Notes under the pieces: model-generated
Database searches by the model: none
The model's input: the letters and a program-made list of their open reading frames with translations, nothing else
What the model was told of the DNA's origin: nothing
In this document: piece by piece, positions 7,922-15,331 of the stretch
Position numbering within the stretch: the first letter of the stretch is position 1
Layout: each line of letters starts with the position of its first letter
Position numbers and translations under genes: made by a program
Origin: an uncultured Bacteroidaceae bacterium
Lineage (GTDB): Bacteria; Bacteroidota; Bacteroidia; Bacteroidales; Bacteroidaceae
Assembly (NCBI GenBank): GCA_905234605.1
Contig: CAJOIE010000011.1
Location: 3,256-67,255, forward strand
Direction: 5' to 3'
DNA: 64,000 nt

Positions 7922-9628
7922 ATGATAGAACGTTTCCTTAAGCAGACACATTTCACTTCGGTCGCTGACTACAATCAGCATCTGGAGTTCGTTATCCCCG
8001 ACGGCTTCAACTTTGCCTACGACGTTATGGACGCATGGGCCGACGAGGCTCCCGACCACGATGCCATTCTTTGGACTAACGACGAGGGTGCGGAGCGGCA
8101 CACCACTTTTGCGCAGCTCCGGCAGCAGACCGATGAGGCGGCTGCATTCCTCCACTCTGTCGGTATCGGCAAGGGCGACCCTGTGATGCTCATTCTCAAG
8201 CGGCGCTATGAGTGGTGGGTTACCATGCTTGCCTTGCACAAGATAGGTGCTGTGGTCATACCCGCCACGCACATGCTCACCCGCCATGATATTATATATA
8301 GGAACACACGCGCGAGTGTGAAGGCCATCATCTGTGTCGACGACGACTATGTCACCTCCCAGATAGCCGAGGCCATGGCAGAGAGTCCCACGCTCAGCCT
8401 CGTCATAGAGGTGGGCGAGCATCCGCATACATCATTGGCAGAAACCACGCCAGTGTGCTGGCTCACAGCGACCCAGCTGCCGGCATCATTAGGCGGTACG
8501 GCCCAGATGCAGTTGCCGGCCTGGACGCGCGACACTGTGGAGCGCAATGCCAACAGCGACACTATGCTGATGTACTTCACCTCGGGCACTTCGGGCGAGC
8601 CCAAGATGGTGGCTCACGACTTCCTCTATGCCATGGGACACCTGACCACGGGCGTGTTCTGGCACAACCTCAGCGCAGACAGCATCCACCTCACCGTGGC
8701 CGACACCGGTTGGGGCAAGGCCGTATGGGGCAAGTTCTATGGTCAGTGGTTTGCCGGCGCAACTGTCTTTGTCTTCGACCATGAGAAGTTCGATGCCGAC
8801 AAGTTGCTCCGCCAGATGGAGCACTACCATGTCACGTCGTTCTGCGCACCTCCCACCATATACCGTTTCATGATACGCGAGGACCTCAGCCGCTACGACC
8901 TGTCGTCGCTGCGCTATTGCTGCACTGCCGGCGAGGCTCTCAACCCTGCCGTCTACGACCGTTTCCGCGAGCTCACAGGCATCAGCCTCATGGAGGGCTT
9001 CGGGCAGACGGAAACCACCATGACCCTTGGCACCATGCCGTGGATGACACCCAAGCCGGGCTCCATGGGCATGCCCAACGGGCAGTATGAGATAGCTCTG
9101 CTCAAGGCCGACGGCACGCCGTGCGAAGACGGAGAGAAGGGTGAGATAGTGGTCAAGGTGGGAGAGCACAAGCCCATAGGCCTCTTCAAGGAGTACTACC
9201 GCGACCCTGAGCTCACGGCTCAGGCATGGCACGACGGCTACTACTTCACCGGCGACATGGCCTGGCGCGACGAGGACGGCTACTACTGGTTCGAGGGCCG
9301 CAAGGACGATGTCATCAAGTCCAGCGGCTACCGCATAGGCCCCTTCGAGGTGGAAAGTGCGCTCATGACACATCCCGCCGTGGTGGAGTGTGCCATCACC
9401 GGTGTGCCCGACGACATACGTGGCATGGTGGTCAAGGCAACTGTGGTGCTTGGCCGCGAGTGGAAGGACAAGGCCGGCGACGCTCTCGTCAAGGAGCTGC
9501 AGCAGCATGTCAAGCACGAGACAGCTCCCTATAAGTACCCGCGCATCATAGAGTTTGTCGATGAGCTGCCAAAGACCATCAGCGGCAAGATACGCCGTGT
9601 GGAGATACGGAAGAAGGACGCTAAATGA
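7922..9628 (+). CDS. AMP-forming acyl-CoA synthetase (medium-chain/ACSM-like); substrate unknown
   Basis: 568 aa. It has the AMP-binding motif YFTSGTSGEPKMV, ...YYFTGDMAWRDEDGYYWFEGRKDDVIKSSGYRIGPFEVE..., and a C-terminal ...LPKTISGKIRR. Its stop overlaps the proC start (ATGA at 9625-9628). Confidence 0.85.
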   Translation: MIERFLKQTHFTSVADYNQHLEFVIPDGFNFAYDVMDAWADEAPDHDAILWTNDEGAERHTTFAQLRQQTDEAAAFLHSVGIGKGDPVMLILKRRYEWWVTMLALHKIGAVVIPATHMLTRHDIIYRNTRASVKAIICVDDDYVTSQIAEAMAESPTLSLVIEVGEHPHTSLAETTPVCWLTATQLPASLGGTAQMQLPAWTRDTVERNANSDTMLMYFTSGTSGEPKMVAHDFLYAMGHLTTGVFWHNLSADSIHLTVADTGWGKAVWGKFYGQWFAGATVFVFDHEKFDADKLLRQMEHYHVTSFCAPPTIYRFMIREDLSRYDLSSLRYCCTAGEALNPAVYDRFRELTGISLMEGFGQTETTMTLGTMPWMTPKPGSMGMPNGQYEIALLKADGTPCEDGEKGEIVVKVGEHKPIGLFKEYYRDPELTAQAWHDGYYFTGDMAWRDEDGYYWFEGRKDDVIKSSGYRIGPFEVESALMTHPAVVECAITGVPDDIRGMVVKATVVLGREWKDKAGDALVKELQQHVKHETAPYKYPRIIEFVDELPKTISGKIRRVEIRKKDAK

Positions 9629-10404
9629 GTAGACACATGCAGATAGCCATCATAGGAGCCGGCAATATGGGTGGGGCCATTGCCGATGCCCTCTTGCAGC
9701 AGGGCACGTACACCATAGCTGTCAGCAACCCGACGCCATCCAAGCTGCAACGCTTTGTGCAGCAGGGGGCACACGTCACCACCGACAACTGCGAGGCAGC
9801 CCGCCAGGCGGACATCGTGGTGCTCGCCGTGAAGCCATGGCTTGTGGAGAGTGTGCTTGCGGAGCTGTCCGGACAGGTGGCGCTGACCCACAAGACGGTC
9901 ATCTCCGTGGCGGCAGGCATCACAGGGCAGCAGCTCTGCCAATGGGCAGGCCCTGAGGTCACACTTTTCAGCGTGATACCCAATACAGCCATAGCCCGGC
10001 GGCAGTCGGTGACACTCATCGTGCCTGTCCGTGCCACGGCCGAGGCCACCGATGCTGTGTGCCGTCTCTTTGAACCGATGGGCATGACTTTCGTCACCGA
10101 CGAGGCTCACCTTGCGGCGGCCACAGCACTCACCTCTTGCGGCATTGCCTATGCCTTGCGCTATGTGAGGGCGGCCACAGAGGGTGCCGTGGAGCTTGGC
10201 ATGAAGCCTGCTGAAGCGCAACGCCTCGTGGCGCAGACACTGCGTGGCGCGGCGGCGTTGCTGGAGCCTGAAGGCACACATGCCGAGACGGAGATAGACC
10301 GTGTGACCACTCCTGGCGGGCTCACCATCCGCGGTCTCAATGCCATGGAGCAGGCTGGCTTCACCGCAGCCGTCATTGCCGGGCTCAAGGCATCAACACT
10401 ATAA
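9625..10404 (+). CDS. proC: Pyrroline-5-carboxylate reductase
   Basis: 259 aa. The N-terminal IAIIGAGNMGGAI is a Rossmann motif, and the C-terminal ...VTTPGGLTIRGLNAMEQAGF... is a ProC signature. Confidence 0.9.
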   Translation: MSRHMQIAIIGAGNMGGAIADALLQQGTYTIAVSNPTPSKLQRFVQQGAHVTTDNCEAARQADIVVLAVKPWLVESVLAELSGQVALTHKTVISVAAGITGQQLCQWAGPEVTLFSVIPNTAIARRQSVTLIVPVRATAEATDAVCRLFEPMGMTFVTDEAHLAAATALTSCGIAYALRYVRAATEGAVELGMKPAEAQRLVAQTLRGAAALLEPEGTHAETEIDRVTTPGGLTIRGLNAMEQAGFTAAVIAGLKASTL

Positions 10405-10421
10405 GCAAGGAGGACACGTAT

Positions 10422-11216
10422 ATGAGCATCACACGCAGGATAGCTGTCAAGGTGGGCAGCAATGTGCTCACCCGTGCCGACGGCACACTCGACATCACGC
10501 GCATGTCAGCACTGGTCGACCAGCTGGCTGCCATGCGCCATCAGGGCATCGAGGTGGTGCTCATCACCTCGGGAGCCGTGGCCAGCGGGCGCAGTGAGCT
10601 CCATCTGCCTCAGGAGGCTATCGACCGCATGAGCAGTGTGGAGCAGCGGCAGCTGTATTCGGCCGTAGGTCAGGCCAAGCTCATGAGCCGCTATGTGGAG
10701 CTATTCCGCGACCATGGGTTGCACGTGGGGCAGGTGCTCACCATGAAGGAGAACTTTGCCCCTGGCGAGCAGTACGACAACCAGCGGCAGTGCATGACGG
10801 CCATGCTCTCGCATGGTGTGTTGCCCATAGTCAACGAGAACGACACGGTGTGCGTCACGGAGCTGATGTTCACCGACAACGACGAGCTCTCGGGGCTGGT
10901 GGCCCTCATGCTGGAGTGTGACACTCTCATCATCTTGTCTAATATAGACGGCATCTATACTGGGCTGCCATCCGACCCAGCCTCGCGCCTTATTGCCAGG
11001 ATAGCTCCTGCCGACGACATCTCGCCATGCATACAGGCCTCGAAGAGCGAGCATGGCCGTGGAGGCATGCAGAGCAAGCATGCCACGGCGCGCCGCGTGC
11101 AGATGGCCGGCACAAGGGTGCTCATCGCCAACGGCAAGCGCGACGAGGTGCTCACGCGCCTGCTTGCCGACCCCGCCGGCATACCTCACACTGAGTTTGT
11201 TCCCTACTGCCAATGA
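10422..11216 (+). CDS. proB: Glutamate 5-kinase (short form, no PUA domain)
   Basis: 264 aa with IAVKVGSNVLT..., ...LITSGAVASGR..., ...VNENDTV...FTDNDELS. These are amino-acid-kinase family features typical of ProB. Confidence 0.9.
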   Translation: MSITRRIAVKVGSNVLTRADGTLDITRMSALVDQLAAMRHQGIEVVLITSGAVASGRSELHLPQEAIDRMSSVEQRQLYSAVGQAKLMSRYVELFRDHGLHVGQVLTMKENFAPGEQYDNQRQCMTAMLSHGVLPIVNENDTVCVTELMFTDNDELSGLVALMLECDTLIILSNIDGIYTGLPSDPASRLIARIAPADDISPCIQASKSEHGRGGMQSKHATARRVQMAGTRVLIANGKRDEVLTRLLADPAGIPHTEFVPYCQ

Positions 11217-12448
11217 ATGAAGACCTCCTCCGCGTGCGTCAGGCCAGCCGCTGCCTGACCACCGTCACGCAAGAAAGCATCAATGCAGTGCTCACGGCGT
11301 TGGCCGAGCGCACCATGCAGCGGCAGGCCGAGCTCCTGGCGGCCAATGCCAGAGACCTTGAGCGCATGCCTGACGGCGACCCTCGCCACGACCGTCTGAT
11401 GCTCACCCCCTCGCGTCTGGCCGACATCGCTGCCGACCTGCGCCACGTGGCTACGCTGCCGTCGCCTCTCGGGCGTGTGCTCAGCGAGACCACACGCCCC
11501 AACGGGCTGCGCATGCAGCGGGTGAGTGTGCCCTTCGGCGTGGTGGGCATCATCTTCGAAGCACGTCCCAACGTGTGCTTCGACTGCTTTGCACTATGCC
11601 TCAAGGCTGGCAGTGCGTGTGTGCTCAAGGGCGGCAGCGACGCCGAGTGCACCTGCCGTGCCATTGTCGGACTCATTGCCGGCGTGCTGCGTGACCACCA
11701 TCTGCCCGAGACCCTTGTGCACCTGCTCACCACGCATGCCGACACCGACCGCCTGCTCACTGCCGAAGGGCTGGTGGACGTGGTGATACCGCGTGGCAGC
11801 CGTCGTCTCATCGACCATGTGCGGCACTACGCGCGTGTACCATATATAGAGACAGGGGCCGGCGTGGTGCATTGCTATGTGGATAGCGATGCCGACTTGC
11901 GGAAAGCCATAGACATAGTGGTCAACGCCAAGACACGCCGCGTCTCGGTGTGCAATGCCCTGGACTGTCTCATCATGCACCGCGACCGCCTCGGCGACCT
12001 GCCGGTGCTCTGTCGGCCGCTGTTCGATAAAGGTGTCTTTGTCGAGGCCGACGAGGAGGCCTACGCCGTGTTGCAGCCACTTGCGCCCGCGCTGACAGGA
12101 CAGGCATGCGCGGACTCCTTCGGCACCGAGTACCTCGCCCTGCGCATGGCCGTGAAGGTGGTGGGCAGCATGGATGAGGCCTTGGAGCACATTGCCCGCT
12201 ACGGCTCGGGACACAGCGAGAGCATCGTGACCGAGAGCGAGGCTGCCGCCAGCCGCTTCCTCCGCGAGGTGGATGCCGCATGTGTCTACCACAACGCACC
12301 CACGAGCTTCACCGACGGCGCGCAGTTCGGCCTCGGAGCGGAGATAGGCATCAGCACGCAGAAGCTCCATGCACGCGGCCCCATGGCTCTTGAGGCACTG
12401 ACCACCTACAAGTGGCTCATACGGGGCAACGGGCAGGTGCGCCCGTGA
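11213..12448 (+). CDS. proA: Gamma-glutamyl phosphate reductase
   Basis: 411 aa with ...GVVGIIFEARPNV..., ...VCNALDCLIMH..., ...GHSESIVTE...FTDGAQFGLGAEIGISTQKLHARGPM. The start overlaps the proB stop (ATGA). Confidence 0.95.
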   Translation: MNEDLLRVRQASRCLTTVTQESINAVLTALAERTMQRQAELLAANARDLERMPDGDPRHDRLMLTPSRLADIAADLRHVATLPSPLGRVLSETTRPNGLRMQRVSVPFGVVGIIFEARPNVCFDCFALCLKAGSACVLKGGSDAECTCRAIVGLIAGVLRDHHLPETLVHLLTTHADTDRLLTAEGLVDVVIPRGSRRLIDHVRHYARVPYIETGAGVVHCYVDSDADLRKAIDIVVNAKTRRVSVCNALDCLIMHRDRLGDLPVLCRPLFDKGVFVEADEEAYAVLQPLAPALTGQACADSFGTEYLALRMAVKVVGSMDEALEHIARYGSGHSESIVTESEAAASRFLREVDAACVYHNAPTSFTDGAQFGLGAEIGISTQKLHARGPMALEALTTYKWLIRGNGQVRP

Positions 12449-12495
12449 GCCGGCTCGCCACAGACCGACGAATAACCGAACACACACATACCAGC

Positions 12496-13467
12496 ATGAA
12501 AGTATTCCAGCACGTAACAGACATCGGCGACCTCCGTGCAGCCCTCGCCGAGGCACAGGAGGTGAAGCGCGACCGCTACCAGTGGCAGCATCTGGGCCGC
12601 AACAAGACCGCCCTGCTCATCTTCTTCAACAACTCGCTGCGCACACGTCTCTCCACACAGAAAGCTGCCATGAACCTCGGCATGAACGTCATAGTGCTCG
12701 ACGTGAACCAGGGCGCATGGAAGCTCGAGGCAGAGCGCGGAGTAGTCATGGACGGCGACAAGAGTGAGCACCTGCTTGAAGCCATCCCCGTGATGGCCAG
12801 CTACTGCGACATCATCGGCGTGCGCTCATTCGCACGCTTCGAGAGCCGCGAGGACGACTACGAGGAGCGCATACTCGACCAGTTCATACGCTACAGCGGG
12901 CGTCCGGTGTTCTTCATGGAGAGTGCCACGGTGCACCCCCTGCAGGCATTTGCCGACCTGATAACCATTGAGGAACACAAAGCCACGGCGCGCCCAAAGG
13001 TCGTGCTCACATGGGCTCCTCACCCCAAGGCACTGCCGCAGGCTGTGCCCAACAGCTTTGCCGAGTGGATGCAGGCTGCCGATGTCGACTTCGTAGTCAC
13101 ACACCCCGAGGGCTACGAGCTCGACCCACAGTTCGTGGGCAATGCCCGTGTGGACTACGACCAGATGCGAGCCTTCGAGGGTGCCGACTTCGTCTATGCC
13201 AAGAACTGGAGCTGCCCCGGAGTGACGCGCCCTGCCGACTACGGACGTGTGCTCCACGACTACCACACCATGATGGACTGGACCGTCAGTGCGCGCCAGA
13301 TGGCCGTGACACGCGACGCCCGCTTCATGCACTGTCTGCCTGTGCGCCGCAACATGATTGTCACCGACGACGTCATCGAAGGCCCCCGCTCGCTCGTCAT
13401 CCCCGAGGCTGCCAACCGTGAGGTCTCAGCCCAGGTGGTGCTCAAGCGCATGCTCGAGGCTCTGTAG
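12496..13467 (+). CDS. argF': N-succinyl-L-ornithine carbamoyltransferase (Bacteroides-type ArgF')
   Basis: From memory it is near-collinear with the B. fragilis ArgF' sequence (MK.F..V.DIGDL..AL.E....K.DR...LGRNKT.L.IFFN.SLRTRLSTQKAA.NLGMNVIVLD.NQGAWKLE.ERGV.MDGDK.EHLLEAIPVM...HCLPVRRNMIVTDDVIE). I trimmed the start to ATG 12496. Confidence 0.88.
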   Translation: MKVFQHVTDIGDLRAALAEAQEVKRDRYQWQHLGRNKTALLIFFNNSLRTRLSTQKAAMNLGMNVIVLDVNQGAWKLEAERGVVMDGDKSEHLLEAIPVMASYCDIIGVRSFARFESREDDYEERILDQFIRYSGRPVFFMESATVHPLQAFADLITIEEHKATARPKVVLTWAPHPKALPQAVPNSFAEWMQAADVDFVVTHPEGYELDPQFVGNARVDYDQMRAFEGADFVYAKNWSCPGVTRPADYGRVLHDYHTMMDWTVSARQMAVTRDARFMHCLPVRRNMIVTDDVIEGPRSLVIPEAANREVSAQVVLKRMLEAL

Positions 13468-13486
13468 AGAGCAACGGCATGCAGAG

Positions 13487-13594
13487 GGGGTGCAGGGACA
13501 TGCACAGAGAGCCTGCATGGTGAACGCAAAGAGGGTGCAGGGGGAACGACAACCCCCTGCACCCTCTTTGTGTTCACCCTGCACCCTCTTTGCG
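13487..13594. repeat. Locus A of the CACCCTGCA/TGCAGGGTG intergenic repeat family (about 5 copies, mixed orientation, about 22-bp phasing)
   Basis: Cores lie near 13490 (GTGCAGGG), 13512 (CCTGCATGGTG), 13535 (GTGCAGGG), 13555 (CCCTGCACCC) and 13575 (CACCCTGCACCC). The locus sits between the convergent genes argF' and rlpA. Confidence 0.8.
13522..13575. terminator. Long hairpin, probable bidirectional terminator between convergent argF' and rlpA
   Basis: GAACGCAAAGAGGGTGCAGGGGG (13522-13544), an 8-nt loop, then CCCCCTGCACCCTCTTTGTGTTC (13553-13575). The arms are 23 nt with a single G:T position. Confidence 0.6.
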
Positions 13595-13660
13595 TAGCCG
13601 CCGCAGGCCTTTGTTCAGGCAGCTGTGCACAGTCGCTACGGCATGTGCATGCGCCGCGCC

Positions 13661-14284
13661 TCACTTGTGCAGCAGGCCGCGACGCTTCCGGCTGACAGCC
13701 ACCGGCCTGACAGCACTGCGCAGCGTGGTGTCGGTGCGCAGGGGCTGGCTCAGGGAGTCGGGCTCAACGTGCGGCACGAAGGTGCGGGAGAGACGGTGGC
13801 GTGCGTAGTAGATGCTGTCGTCCATCCACTCCGGCGGCCCGTCGACATCATCGCCGCTGAAGGCAAGGTCAAGCTCCACGGGCTTCTCCGTGGCAATATA
13901 CTTATAAGGTATCTGCAAGGGCAGGTATGGCGTGATGAGCACAGGACGGTAGCCCCAGCGTATGATGTCCAGCTCACGGGCCGCAGCACGAGAGAGGTCT
14001 ATCACGAACTTGCGCGAGTAGGGGCCGCGGTCCGTCACGCGGACCACCACCTCCTTGCCGTTGGTCAGGTTGCGCACCAGCAGCAGGGTGCCCATCGGGT
14101 AGTGCAGGTGGGCGCACGTCATGCTGTCGCGGTGGTAGAGTTCACCGTTGCTCATGCGCCGGCCGTGGAAACGGTCGGAATAGTAGGAGGCATAGCCGCT
14201 CTGTTCGGGCAACTGCTGGGCGTGGAGGCAGACAGCGGTCGTCAGCGCAAGGAGAAGGCTTGGCAGGATGTGCTTCGTGTTCAT
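13661..14284 (-). CDS. rlpA: RlpA-like septal-ring lytic transglycosylase (DPBB domain) lipoprotein
   Basis: MNTKHILPSLLLALTTAVCLHAQ is signal-peptide-like. GYASYYSDRFHGRRMSNGELYHRDSMTCAHLHYPMGTLLLVRNLTNGKEVVVRVTDRGPY is the RlpA double-psi beta-barrel signature. I trimmed the start to ATG 14284. Confidence 0.75.
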   Translation of the reverse strand: MNTKHILPSLLLALTTAVCLHAQQLPEQSGYASYYSDRFHGRRMSNGELYHRDSMTCAHLHYPMGTLLLVRNLTNGKEVVVRVTDRGPYSRKFVIDLSRAAARELDIIRWGYRPVLITPYLPLQIPYKYIATEKPVELDLAFSGDDVDGPPEWMDDSIYYARHRLSRTFVPHVEPDSLSQPLRTDTTLRSAVRPVAVSRKRRGLLHK

Positions 14285-14389
14285 GTGGAGGCAGGAACCA
14301 TGTGCTCCCGTCAGTGGGCGCAAGTTAGGCAATTGTCGCAAATGGACAAACTTTTGGCGGCATTTGCAGAGGCTTATCGATGAAATGAC

Positions 14390-14397
14390 TACCTTTG
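14390..14397 (+). promoter_or_regulatory. Candidate -7 promoter box TACCTTTG upstream of wza
   Basis: It matches the Bacteroides primary-sigma consensus TAnnTTTG and lies 49 nt upstream of the wza ATG, with TTTG elements 23-35 nt further upstream. Confidence 0.3.
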
Positions 14398-14445
14398 CGC
14401 GTTATCCTGTGCAACCAATCACTCTATTCTCCATACATCAAGGAT

Positions 14446-15285
14446 ATGAAGAAACAAAGCAAAATCATCTTCCTCATAGCTGCGCTCATGGCGTCACTCC
14501 TTGCCACGAGCTGTATATCAGACAAGAAGATAGTCTACATCCAGGGCACCGACTCCGTCTATGCCGTGCCCAAGAGCATCGCACAGTCGTTTGACCTGCG
14601 CATACAGCCCGACGACCAGCTGGCAATATCAGTGACCTCGAAGAACCGTGAGCTCATCGAGCCATACAACAACACCACCCTCATCGGTAGCGGTATAGCC
14701 AACCCCACAGGAGCCAACACCGCCAACACCACATCAGGCGTCAGCTACTTCCGCGTCAACAAGGAAGGCGACATACTCTTCCCCGTATTCGGAAGGCTGC
14801 ATGTGGCCGGCATGGGAACATCGGAGCTCAGTGCCACAATCCAGAAACTGTTCCGTGAGGGCGATGCACAGCATGCCCCAAGCATCAAGGACGCACTCGT
14901 CACCACGCGTGTCATGAGCTTCAAGGTCACCATCCTGGGCGATGTCAAGTCGCCAGGCACACAGACATGCTCCAGCGAGCGCCTAACCATACTCGAGGCC
15001 ATAGGCCGTGCCGGCGACCTCAACAGCTCCGCACGCCGCGACAATGTCCTCGTGGTGCGAGAGGAGGACGGACGCCGCGTGGCATACCCCGTCAACCTGC
15101 TCGACCAGGCCAGTGTGTTCAACTCGCCGGCCTACTACCTGCAGCAGAACGACGTAGTCATAATCCAGCCAAACAAGTCGGTGCGGGTGAAAGGCTCCAC
15201 AAGCTACACACTGCTCAGCGTCAGCTCCACACTCGTAAGCATGGTGGTCTCCATCATATCGCTCATAGTGGCTATGAACAGATAG
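14446..15285 (+). CDS. wza: Polysaccharide export outer-membrane protein (Wza family, Poly_export + SLBB)
   Basis: MKKQSKIIFLIAALMASLLATSC is a lipoprotein signal. ...IQPDDQLAISV... and ...VTILGDVKSPGT... LTILEAIGRAGDL... are typical Wza/SLBB motifs. I trimmed the start to ATG 14446. Confidence 0.85.
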   Translation: MKKQSKIIFLIAALMASLLATSCISDKKIVYIQGTDSVYAVPKSIAQSFDLRIQPDDQLAISVTSKNRELIEPYNNTTLIGSGIANPTGANTANTTSGVSYFRVNKEGDILFPVFGRLHVAGMGTSELSATIQKLFREGDAQHAPSIKDALVTTRVMSFKVTILGDVKSPGTQTCSSERLTILEAIGRAGDLNSSARRDNVLVVREEDGRRVAYPVNLLDQASVFNSPAYYLQQNDVVIIQPNKSVRVKGSTSYTLLSVSSTLVSMVVSIISLIVAMNR

Positions 15286-15331
15286 ACCACAACCACAGCC
15301 AAGCAACGTCAGTAACTACCCACACACTCTC

